Notes under the pieces: generated by a model
The model's input: only the letters and a program-made list of their open reading frames with translations
Databases searched by the model: none
What the model was told of the DNA's origin: nothing
Shown here: in pieces, positions 39,301 to 49,813 of the stretch
Position numbering within the stretch: position 1 is the stretch's first letter
Layout: each line of letters starts with the position of its first letter
Program-made: the position numbers and the translations under genes
Source of the DNA: Azolla caroliniana
Lineage: Eukaryota; Plantae; Polypodiophyta
DNA length: 64,000 nt
Assembly: GCA_043228905.1 (NCBI GenBank)
Contig: JBHGNT010000014.1
Span: 5,828,001 to 5,892,000, forward strand
Direction of reading: 5' to 3'

Positions 39301-39988
39301 GACGCATAGCTCCGTGACCGGTTACATGCCGGCAGAACTCATGACCGGACAAGCACCGGTAATGCCAACGGAAACCGCAATCGCGACATGGACAATACTA
39401 CCGTGGAAGGAAGAGATGAGCCGGGAAGAACTACTAGCGGTCCGGATACGACAACTGGAGGGAAGACCGAAAGATGTAGCGGAAGCGTCACGCCGACAAC
39501 AAGAAGCACGGTTCCGGAACAAAAGCCGGTTCGACACAAAGCACCGACTACGACCGAGGAGGATTGAAGAAGGAGATTGGGTGATCGTCTATGATAGTAG
39601 CTTGGACCATCAACATACAACGATGCGGAAATTCGCGAAAAGGTGGTTCGGGCCGTACGAGGTTCGGAAGGTCTTCGACAACGGGACGTACCGACTGTCC
39701 GAGTTGGATGGAACAATACTACGAGTGCCTATAGCCGGGAAGCGGGTGAAGATTTTCAAGAAGCGGACCGACGACAAACCTTATGTGATCCAAGTCGAGG
39801 CCGACAACGAGGAGCAATCGGACGAAGACCACAATGATGCGGGAAGCGAAGAAAGTGGATTACAACTCATAGTCGACATAAGGGGAGAATCGGAGGAAGC
39901 TTCGGATGAAGACGGATACGAAGAATCAAGAACTTCGGCACATACCGGAGGATGTGCGGGTTTGGAGGGGGCGAGTGTCGTAGTGTAG
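36377..39988 (+). CDS. Gypsy F Pol (RT-RNase H-integrase), probably expressed by -1 frameshift
   Basis: The frame is open from the GGATTTT slippery site through the 1155-aa ORF. Motifs DLYSGY, LPQG, FLDD, VDTS, GH..CEKC, ADRGE, GKIERG, GPY. No chromodomain. Confidence 0.93.
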   Translation, partial: GFLKRTVAEWGSDSPRSPDTPHRKKTLGAKQVRIGPDGASTYTSVTGGMKKQYRQVEDKLRSASIIKEDEEIVGVIEEVFYGNTLQRLEELAEDKSQGNRVVPVESVEMYEIVAKMGPDALRKEEAMVSTKYKTVEKKVKPAAGPLPADSEQKKKEVSGDPTLRKSVDIGHAFTDETRKKLRIGGGGFLLQEEEKRFREMLEQHGKAFAFTSREIGCIDPKIVEPMVIFTIDHVLWNLKPIPVPRAHIPKVIDLLKEKVAMGILEPSSAPYSNRWFTVPKKNGSLRFIQDLQPVNKVTIRNSGVGPIVDEFAEAFAGRAIYSIGDLYSGYDQFQLAVESRDITTMRTLIGLVRMCTLPQGATNSVAHMMNAMNKVLRDCIPEITMPFLDDIPMKGCAVEEKDETMDDRGCRKFVVDHIHDCEKVLRKLEDVHLTLSGEKSAFGQEEILVVGHLCGPYGRRPSPTKIDAIQAMKEVCESTSEVRRFLGACAFYHIWIPHYAHISDPLYHLLRKGKKFEWKPEHTKAMRKLKKTLWRAESLKKPSYKRPIIVTVDTSPAGIGWVINQADSDGSRYPIRFGAKVLNERQRGYAQVKRELWGVVSAIKSDRDYLIGAEVVIETDCLPILGMMRCCTIPDVAMLRWIAYVKSLNPEVRHISGKDNAVADMLSRARFEDDITESDNEEVSEDYFTSEHICRVNVIREFREEEYEGETLMIGKMLQEVEDSTNDKERRAEIRRKKRQVQKFFLENGLIWRTPKRPDGIPLRVVGTKEQRNRIMSEFHESDWAGHRGTWATFVKIKQRYWWKNMYKDVAEFTESCEKCQVYSGVRHRDELHPTFSPTINFKWMVDIVAMPTGIGQKKYLVLAREDLTNQVEGRALRRKTCAAVCQFLLEEVFCRYGCVGQVIADRGELDSDKARGFFAKHGVRLTLTTAYNPEANGKIERGHSPIVKALAKACDRRVKDWPQMLPYALWADRTTHSSVTGYMPAELMTGQAPVMPTETAIATWTILPWKEEMSREELLAVRIRQLEGRPKDVAEASRRQQEARFRNKSRFDTKHRLRPRRIEEGDWVIVYDSSLDHQHTTMRKFAKRWFGPYEVRKVFDNGTYRLSELDGTILRVPIAGKRVKIFKKRTDDKPYVIQVEADNEEQSDEDHNDAGSEESGLQLIVDIRGESEEASDEDGYEESRTSAHTGGCAGLEGASVVV

Positions 39989-42010
39989 GTTGCACACTAT
40001 GTGGAAATTATATTTTTGTCCCTCCGGATAGAGAATGGAGTGCTCGGTGAGAACCGGAAGAAAACGGCATACCGGCAAGGAGGAAAACGGCATACCGGCA
40101 AGGAAGAGCCGGATAAAGAGACATAAATGTAAAAAAAAAAGGAAATACTCACTACTATGCAAGGCGTGATTCGAACTCTGCACCTCCACGTTGACAAACC
40201 CCAACCTTACCATTACATTAACTTATCTTAAGTGTTTAAAATATAGATTTAATACGTATAAGACCTTTATTTATGCATACCTTTATTAAAAGGTAAATCG
40301 TGTATTTTTTTAATATATGAAAAACACGAGACACTAAAAATAACTCATGCACATCTAGCGTGCATGAGCCCTATACTTAGGAAATAAAAAAGCATCACAT
40401 GCACATTTAGTGGACATGAACACTTTTTGTAAAAAAAAAGCATGAAGCCATGCTTAGCTCTTCCTTCCTTATATAAGGAGGAGAGAAATATATAAAGGGT
40501 TGTTGATTATTTGGATTAAGTATTAATCAATACAAAAATTATTCGTGGGATTCACGATTTATACATCTACTTCTCTCTTAACACCCTAAGTACCAATTAA
40601 TATAGTATACTCGTGTGATTCACGAGTTTCTTATCTTTCTCTTCGCTATTTACTCATAATTAATCTCTATCTCACGAACTTCTTTCTCCTAGTCCAAGAC
40701 CTCTGTGGTTCCCACCCGACTCACGCAACGATCCGGAGCCGAAAGGCACGACAACGTCTCCTATGCCGACAATTCAACTTACACATTCATTCCCCATCCT
40801 CACACAACCGTGATATCTGGCTCTATAGGATGCGAAGCACTTTCGGTCAGGAGTAAAATGGAACGACGCTCCGGAGTCGACCACCCACGTCGTTTCGTCG
40901 CTAACAAGGTGTAGCTTGCGCTCCTCAATGATGAGGAGCACATCTTCTTCTCTTGTTGCGATTACCGACGTTCCTTTCCGATCCGAGCTATTCCGGTTTG
41001 AACTCTTCTTTGAGTCGGTGTGCTCCTCAGTGATGAGGAGCACATCTTCTTCTCTTGTTGCGATTACCGACGTTCCTTTCCAATCCGAGCTATTCCGGTT
41101 TGAACTCTTCTTTGAGTCGGCACTGTCGATTCCTTTCTCTTTCGGGTAGTGTCGGCAGTCCTTCTGGAAATGCCCCAGCTTCCCAAAATAGAAGCACGTG
41201 GGTCTCCCCCTTGACTTTGACCTCGTCCCCGACTTTTCCCAATTCTGAGGACTCCGATTCCGGACACTCCCTCGTTGTGTGTCGTTTTCCGTAGCTAGGG
41301 CTTTTGAGTCGAAGATCATTTGCTTGTCTTTCCAATGAGCCTCTTCGTCCATCAACCTTGATTTTACCCTTGCTAAGGATAGGTGTTTCCCTTCTCACCC
41401 AGCGTTGCCCATGCCATGATGACACTCACATTATTCCTCGAAAGGATTTGAACCCACGACCTTGTTATACACATGTCAAATCTATAACCATTGTAATCAT
41501 ATGTTTATATGTATAGTTTTTAGAATATATAATGTAATATCATAGGAATATTCTATATTACTCTACATTCTAGAATGACCTAGAATATTCTAGAGTGTTC
41601 TACATACTAGAACCTTTTAGATTACTCTACATTCTAGAAAGACCTAGAATATTCTAGAGTGTTCTATATTACTTATAAATAGGCATCTATCAATCATCCC
41701 AAAACTAAATTGGTTCAAGTCATTCTATATCACTCTGTTGCGTACTCTTTGTAATCCGTTTTACACTGCAATATAATATTTCCCTTTCAATTCTCTCTTC
41801 TTCTTCTTTTTCGTAAATGTATGTTTATATTAAAACAATCATGACAATACAAAAAACCTTGATATCAAAACTACTTCAAAAGTAGCGGTGTGGCAAGGGC
41901 GACCCTCTAAGGTGTTGCAATACAAAACGACACAAATGTAACTTATCTGGGGACAAAGTTCCGATACAACATAACTGTGAAAACTGCCACATCGACTTTC
42001 CTCTTATCTA

Positions 42011-42067
<57 letters not shown>

Positions 42068-42144
42068 ACGGTTTGAACCAATTTTCTCATTTCTTCCTCT
42101 TCCTAACAAGTTCTCTTATTCCTCCTCTCCCTTCATAAGCTATG

Positions 42145-42181
42145 AACACCGGGTCATTTGAAACAGGTAATATGTCGTATT
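42145..42181 (+). repeat. Left TIR
   Basis: 36/37 match to the reverse complement of 49274-49310. Confidence 0.96.
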
Positions 42182-42907
42182 CTCTTTTGGCATAGTTGGC
42201 CAGATGTAGAAAAGTACCCTATATTAGCCTGATATCGAAAATATACGATGCATGCGTACCCCTTTTGCGACTTGATGGTTAAATATAGAACAAAAAAAAC
42301 CGAGCAATTACTAAATTGTATATGTGTCCACATTCGTGTCAATTTGCATATCATGGAGCACAATTGAAGACTTGGTTCAATATAAAGTTCTAAAATTGGT
42401 ATCCATATTCAAATTGTAGAGTAAAACTACATAAACCGTAATTATAAATATGTGGTTTTGGGTTTAGGAATAAAGTAGTACCCCACTTGTTGGACGGGTA
42501 TATCGATAGTTTCATTGTATAATGTCATATAGTTCATGACAATGTAATTGGTAAGAGTAACAATTACGTACGACATTCATTTATACTATGTGGAACCAGT
42601 AGACTTGAACCGTAGGTAACTAAAAACCTCTTATTATCAAAAACATTCGCCTTTTCATATACAGTCATGCTAACGGAAATGAGAAATTACAATATCATGT
42701 TAATATCTCAAACTGAAGAAGAGCATGGTGACCAATTATATGTAAATACAAACTACGGTTCCAATAATGATTAAAAAGGGAAATTATGAATAGGTGAATT
42801 TAATTAAACGATAAACAATTACAGATGTTCTCATATACAAATATAATATGAAGTGATGGTGAACATTATGCCTCAAAATCCTCAATTTTTACATTACGCC
42901 ATCTACA

Positions 42908-45900
42908 TCAATCTATAAGCAAATCAGGCAGAGCAGGCTCCTCTGGCGCTAATTGTTCTAGACTATTTTCATTCGTGTCATCTCCAAGCTCTCCCGAATC
43001 TGATGTATGGTCAAACTGTGCTACATCTTCCAGGTCCACCAGCTCCCCTGCTTCTTCATCAATTGGTTCCATTGGTTCTCGTGAAGTCATCTGGAACATC
43101 TCTGTCTCGTTGATGTGTTTTGCTCCGACTTCTTGATCCTGATCTGGACAGTCGCAGATTCCTGTGATCCTCATTTTGATGAAGTTAACTTGAGCAGGAT
43201 CCTTCTCCAATGCAACACAGTTTCTAAACATCTTCAATGCACAAGCTGTCGTACCTAATGGTTGCATGAACACAAACAAGTATATATAAGAAGTAACGTC
43301 TTAAACTTGATCGACAGGATTGAAATTAAATATATATATTATACATGTGCCAGAGAACAAGTCTAGGACCCAATCATCTGGATTCGAGAAGAGCTTTATG
43401 AGGCGGTTGATCAATCTTTGAGGTTTTTGATAAGGGTTCACCATACTTTTATCCCCTGACACATGTCTTAATTTTTTGGTTACACCTGGGCACATGATGT
43501 AGTTAACCACGTTACGCTCATTGACATGTGCTCTAGCCTTCTTCTTTGTAATTGAATCATAGTAGCCCACACAAAAATGTTCGACCGCACTAACCATTCG
43601 ATCGCCAGGGCTACTTGTAATATTTGTTTTGATCCTATAGAGAAAGAAAATCAAGTATTAGAGGTGTAAATGTGTACATATAATAAGAAGTACTGTAATG
43701 AGTAAAAGCGAACTATAACGCACCAATGCATGTGTTCAGTGGCATGACAACGGGACTTCAAAGCTGTTGTGACTGACAGTGATTGCCCCATGCTATGAAA
43801 TATGACTATCCTCCACAAGGGGGCCAATGTCAGTTCTGCGAAATCCTTTACCATTTTCTCGATCTGAGGGTACTTGAAAGGCACATCATCATATGTTGAT
43901 CCTGCAATACGGAAACCATATGGTATGTCAGCTATCAGCAAAGTGTAGTGCCTTCTCGATAACAGTTTGAGCATCTAGGATACTTCGCCATTGAAAACAC
44001 TATAATGAAGCTGTTTGAAAGGATCGGACCTATGCAAAAAACTCTTTACAGTCTCCGAATCCTCGGGCAGTTCCATTTCCTTCCCTTTGGTCATTCTCTT
44101 CTCATATTTCGCACGTTCTAAGTGCGTGATGAAGGCCGTTGGAATACCGTCATTATTGTCGTTGTTCTTTTTCGATTTTGATGGTTTCTGCAAGTGTCAT
44201 TGTTGTTAGCAGGGAACATTAGTTTCTAACATATCAACATTCAAAAGACACATACCCATTCTCTAAATACAATAAAATATTCCTCCAATGCCTTGTAGGA
44301 AGAAGTTATCGGGCAGGCTTGTTCAACTTCTTCCCATGTCGGTAAACTCAGTTTTTGCATCATCAACTCCTGAATCTTCATGTATACCTTGTGACTGCAC
44401 AATCAATATGAAATTAGAAATAAGATATTCAAAATAATTGAAGACTTTCATGAAAAGGTATACTATAAACACTTACTTTTGCAAGTCTGTTACCATCTCG
44501 TCCAAACTAAATTCCTTGGCGACCACTCGAGATAGCACGGATATTAACAATCTATCATCTTTGATACCTTGTAATGATCTCCAAGGTAAAAGTTTCATGT
44601 CCTCTGCTAACTCCTCGATTACCAAGTCGCTTTTTCCCTTGGTCTTTGATTTCATCTCAACTTGTGGATCAATTCGTCCCTTTTTTTATCTTTGCCCCTT
44701 GACTTCTTTCCGCTCCCACATAGAGAATATTTTGTCTTGGAGATCCCACACCTCTCCGGTCCGAAAAGCTAGTTGAAACCAAGAATCATATTTTCGGAGA
44801 CCTTCGGATTTGGTACTCTCATCCACTGCAATCCCTACTTCCAATAAACACTGGCGTCGCAATCCAGGCCACAATCTTGGACCAAAACGATTCAAGGCAT
44901 CCAGGTATTCATGATGAAAAAATCTTATCCTCTCTATACATGACATCTTTTGCCTATAATCGTTGTCATTGTTATGGTCCCATGCGAGCAGCTTCGCCTC
45001 CTCGTGAGTTAGTCCTGCATATACCTTACATTCGGCGTACTTGAAGAACGGCGTGAGAGGATATTCTTTGACAAGCTGTCGTCGAGCTTCGGCCGAATGT
45101 GATCCTCCGATTACATAGTATGTGTAATCGTCTGCAGAGCTATACTTGAAATCTACTACTGTTGGGCATTGTTCTTGATCAACCATTACCAAAAATGGCA
45201 CCGCAGTAGCGTGAGGATTGATTTTCATTTTGCTTTTCAGGTTTTGCACATGGACGGAGTGCGGCTCCCTAATTTCCAAGGGATGTCTTCCAGTCACGGG
45301 GTCAATGGGGGGCCTTTGGATAGAAGTAATGGGCAAATGAAATAGTTGGCCCCTGCGCACAAGTTTAGTCTTCACAATATTTTCTCTTATTTTATTTTGT
45401 TCTGACGTCAGGACACCAGAAGATAGTTGTCCGCCTGGAGCCACGACGTCGACTTGTTGGTCATCGTCTTCTTCCACGAACTCTAATATTTCTTCTTCTT
45501 CTTCTTCGGGTCATGGTCGTTTAGTATATTTCTTTTGAACAGGATTTGTCTTCCTAGACTTTTTCGGTGGAGTTTCTGCTTCACCGGTCATCATCTCTCC
45601 TGTCACGTACGGCCGAAGAGCTACCAACAAGTTATTTTTCGTTTGCAGGTCTCTACGCAAAGCCTTGGGATTGCAAGATTCGGGTACTAGGTTTCCCTCA
45701 TCAAGTCGCAATTGCCTGTTGCCAACTGAGCTCGAGACGTCGATTAAAATACTTGTAGAGTCAATGTCTTCGTACTCTAGCTTGGTTACATGCCCGTAAT
45801 TAAATGTTTTTCCAAGCTGAAGTTTCCCTTCCCCGTCCGATTTTGCCGTTATCAATAACAGCACCCCATCCTCCTCGACATAGGAGAGACACCATTCAAG

Positions 45901-46114
45901 TTCGGGGTAATCCTTATATTTCACCTCAACCGTTTTCTCCTCTTGCGTACTACCTTTGTTGATTTTGGTAGTAGCCACAGATGACTTGGATCCTCCTTCC
46001 CCCGTTGAGTCAAATAAAATCTTTTTACTCGTGTCCTTGATGAAGGAGCCAGAATCTCGTTTTGTCAAAGATCGAATCTTCAATCTAAATGAAGGAACTT
46101 TTTGTCTGGGTTCA
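42908..46114 (-). pseudogene. Spliced ParB-like domain + beta-class N6-adenine/N4-cytosine DNA methyltransferase (~950 aa when reconstructed)
   Basis: Exons 46114-44477, 44394-44256, 44187-43724, 43634-43345 and 43254-42908 join in frame across GT-AG introns of 68-90 nt. Motifs YVIGGSHSAEARRQL...LAWDHN (ParB/Srx-like), LLIADIPYG (motif IV), W-IK, NPYQKP..LI..LI..FS...DWVLDLFSGT (motifs X/I), RNCVALEKD. Three in-frame stops at 45511, 44686 and 43975. First exon not located. Confidence 0.85.
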
Positions 46115-46310
46115 CTGAAATTAAAAACGTTGGTGAAAACATAGAAACAACATACAATTTTATCTAAATCACGCAAATTATCATCTAAATTATGTCAATT
46201 TTGAGAAAATAATATAGTTAATCTAAGTGTTCGGGTAGTTATATAGTTAGGCTTTAGCATTCCTTAATTTTCTCAAAAGAAGGTTTTAGAATACAGTTAG
46301 ACTCCCTCAA

Positions 46311-48983
46311 ATGTCTTCTTCTACAAGTAGAACATCTCTTTTTTCTATTGCCCCCTTTTCATTGTCAGACAACTTGTATTTCTCAATAGAAGAGTACGAC
46401 CACAAAAAACATTCGCGGCTTAAACAGAAAAGTGTGGCTCCTAGTACTTCGAATTCTCTGTTTTCAATTGATCCTGTTGATGGCCCTCTTCATGCAAGCT
46501 TACAAGCGGACGATTCTTCGTCGATAGATAACAATAGCATTACTAAACCTCTAGCATTTAAAAGAGTTCCTCGACAAGTTAGTGAAAAGAGATTTAATTT
46601 CTTATGTTCTGATCGTCAACTTCTATGCGACTTGAACAAATCGTGTTGTGCGAATCTCTGTCTATCAACTTATGGAAAGTTAAGGTTACGTGAAACACGA
46701 CAAAAATACTTGTCACTTAATGGGGAAGAGCAAGATACATTTCTTCTTTCGCATATGCAACTTAAATTGGATCACAAAGCAGGGCCTAATTCAACGCAAG
46801 TTGAATATTTCCTTGGACTAAATACCAAGTGTTGTCGAGCAGCTTTTAAAATCACTCATAGCATTGGAAATATGCGGCTGCAACGAGTTCAAGAGCGACT
46901 TCTGAAGGGCTCCTGGGTACAGTTCGATCAAAATGGTTCTGGATGTAAGGGTCAAATTGGGCAACATGCAATTAGGTGGATGGAGGTATATTTTTCAAAA
47001 CAGTGCGAAGTTATGCCAACGATAGGAAGACTTCATTTGTCAGATAACTTTACTCGAAGGGAAGTTTACCAATCATACAAGGACGACATGTCTTCCGATG
47101 TTGAGCCTTACATACAGTACAAGCATTTTAATCGACTATGGAGGTTACAATTTATTAACGTGGTTATCCCACGAAAGGTGTGAATGGGAGTCTGCTCAAT
47201 ATGTGCGAGTTTAAAAAGTATGGCCAAGGGTGGAAAATCAGATGTAGAGATCAAGAATTACAAGAACCTGTTAAAAGAACATCGTGAAAGTCAAGCATTG
47301 GAACATACTAAGGCTATGCATCACCGACAAAAAGCGTTTCAATCTCCCGAAAAGTATATGTGCATGATTATTGACGGCATGGATCAAAAGAAAACTTGTT
47401 TGCCGCATTTTCAAACACTCCCCAAGGATATTGGAGATGAGTGTCTCGTGCAAATGCATCTAGTGGGTTGTTTGACATATTGTCAAACTATAAGACCGCA
47501 AGTGTTCTTAACTTATCCCAATATCCACAACGACCCTAATCTTACTATCACTGTCATGCACAGGGTATTGCAATCATGGTCATGTATACTCCCGCCAGTT
47601 CTATATGTGCAACTAGACAACACAGCAAGAGAGAATAAGAACTCAACTGTCTTCGGCTATCTAAGCATGCTAGTAGAGAGGGGCATATTTAAAAAGATAA
47701 AGGTTAACTTCTTGTTGGTTGGTCATACCCATGATCACATAGATCAAATGTTCAGTAGGTTCTCAAAGAAACTTGCTTGCTGTAATGCTTTCACACTTCC
47801 CACGCTATCCAAATTGATTAGTGAAGCATATACACCAAAGCCTGAAGTACAACACTTGGAAGAAGTATACGACTTTAAACGTTTCTGCATGGATAGTGGC
47901 GGGACTAAAGGTAGGGTGCTTGCACCTCTTAATAATATAAGTTTCAACCATGTCTTCCTCATAAAACAAAGATCGGCCCACCTCAAGATGACGGTGTTGT
48001 TTGCGAAACAATACTCATCTAGTGCACAATGGGAGCCCCAAGAAGGTTGTAAGCTCCTTCTTCATATCCCAGATGAACCTCTACATGGTGCACAACAAAT
48101 GCCATATGATGATCGTAAAAATGTAGCACCAAATAGTACTATTGATGAACAAAGGGCATATTGGTTGAGATGTCTAGCAGAGAAACAAAATAATATTGAT
48201 TGGACTAAGAAGTATGCCGGTGATGAGGATGTTGAATGGTGGGAGATTTTCTTCACCCATCAATGCACCATTTTAGATAATTACATCGCCGGTTTATGGC
48301 CAATCCGTATCCCATTCACATGGAACATTGGGATGAAATCAACGATATCGCAGACTCATCACCAACAATCGAATAATATGGAGCTTCATGATTTAGTTCG
48401 GCCACTGCAAAGAGATATTTATGTGGGACCAAGAAAGTCACGTACTGTTGAGGCAAGATGGCAAGGTAATTTGCAAGAACTACAAGTGGGAATGTTGGTT
48501 GCAACATTAGCAGGGGACGATACCTTGGGCCATCCATTTTGGATTGCAAAAATTATTGAATTAGTAAGGGATGAAGAAAGTAGTCAAACAAAGTCAATAG
48601 TAGTCCACTGGTATTAGACAAATTCACCTGATGCATTTACAAGAAAGTATTCTTTAGAGATGGTTAAGGATGTCGGATGTTCAAGCAGAAAGAGAAGAAG
48701 AAAGAATATACCGAGCACGGCTACTCTCGCACTAGACCGTGTTGACATACTAGTATATGACTTCTCATTAACAAAATCAGGTCATCTAAGACAAGCAACT
48801 ATCAAGATAATAAAGGAGAAAATCCCAAACATGGTGTCAAACGAAATACAGAGAATAACTAGAAGCAATTCTCATAACCACAAAGATGTTGGGTTGGAAT
48901 TGGATGAGGATAATGCTTTGATTGCCACTGATGATGAGGATGAGACGTCAGAATGCTCTTCTAGTCCATCAGACATGTCTTAA
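46311..48983 (+). pseudogene. Sola-like DDD transposase (~890 codons, two in-frame stops at 47181 and 48615)
   Basis: Three ORFs lie in one frame. Cys-rich N-terminus (SCCANLC, CSICASL) and catalytic-type motifs IIDGMDQ, YVQLDNTARENKN, FLLVGHTHDHIDQMFS. Lies within the TIRs. Confidence 0.85.
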
Positions 48984-49273
48984 CATATTGGTTTGGTTCA
49001 AGCTGGGGATTGTTTTACTACATGATCGGAAACTTTGTAAATTTGTTTTGGATGTAAACTCACAAATATGTATAATTGTAACTGGTAGACATGTTGTACA
49101 TTATTTTGTAATTTTGGTGATGTATTTTTGGAGGCATTTTACTTATGCCTCAAAGTGGTAGTCATGTTGAAATTCAATCTATTTTGCCACCTTTTCTAAA
49201 AAGCTTTACACATGCGTCGTGTCTTTTTGAAAACTGCGTGCTTTTGTGCCCTTTTTCGACGTAGTGTTCTCAT

Positions 49274-49310
49274 AATGCGACATATTACCTGTTTCAAATG
49301 ACCCGGTGTT
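49274..49310 (-). repeat. Right TIR
   Basis: Inverted copy of 42145-42181. Confidence 0.96.
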
Positions 49311-49761
49311 TATGGAGTTCGTGAGCAAACAGGAATATATGTGTGTTCTTTCCAAGCTCGACATGCTCACGAAAACATTTGTGGCATTAGAGCATGAAAA
49401 TCAAAGGCTACTTGGGGACCTACAACAAGTGAGCACCGAAAAAGCTCAACAATATGAAGAGTTATCAGAACAGGTTCACCAACTCAAGGCTTCTATATTA
49501 TCATTGCGAGAACAAGCGTAAAATTCGTGTTCTTCTAGCATAACATTCTTTTTCCTACATTGGAAAACGAATGCAAATGTTATTCAAACATTCTTGTTTT
49601 TTATTTTTGTTTTTTCCCTTTTCTTTTTATGTTTTTTTTTGTTTTTTTCCATTTTTTAGGCTTATTTACTTCATAATAAATATTTAATCCAAAAGTATGG
49701 TATTTATCATTCTTTGAGGGTGTTTTTCTTACGCGAATGATTGAAACATTCGCGAATGCGA

Positions 49762-49813
49762 ATGCGGATGCAGATGCGGATGCGGATGCGGATGCGGATG
49801 CGGATGCGGATGC
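49762..49813 (+). repeat. (GCGGAT)n hexamer microsatellite within a foreign fragment replacing most of chromovirus 3 gag
   Basis: About 8 tandem GCGGAT units. Confidence 0.9.

Larger units (their letters stand above)
33555..40753 (+). mobile_element. Apparently intact Ty3/Gypsy element F, tRNA-Trp PBS, 4-bp TSD ACGT
   Basis: Nearly identical LTRs 33555-34308 and 39976-40753 (TGTCGT...ACGACA). ACGT at 33551-33554 and 40754-40757. PPT GGAGGGGGCGAG. Two uninterrupted ORFs. Confidence 0.97.
42145..49310. mobile_element. Sola-like DNA transposon (7166 bp) with 37-bp TIRs and 4-bp TSD TATG, carrying two divergent genes
   Basis: AACACCGGGTCATTTGAAACAGGTAATATGTCG(T/C)ATT inverted at both ends. TATG at 42141-42144 and 49311-49314. 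Removal restores the host gag start ATG GAG TTC GTG AGC AAA CAG GAA TAT. Superfamily is inferred from motifs and TSD length. Confidence 0.93.

Noticed and set aside
36616-39716. Antisense ORFs within Gypsy F pol
   Set aside because: Shadow frames of a long coding sequence with no recognisable motifs.
42908-46114. Bacterial contamination or a restriction-modification system
   Set aside because: The gene has spliceosomal introns, lies within TIRs nested in plant retroelements, and has no adjacent endonuclease.
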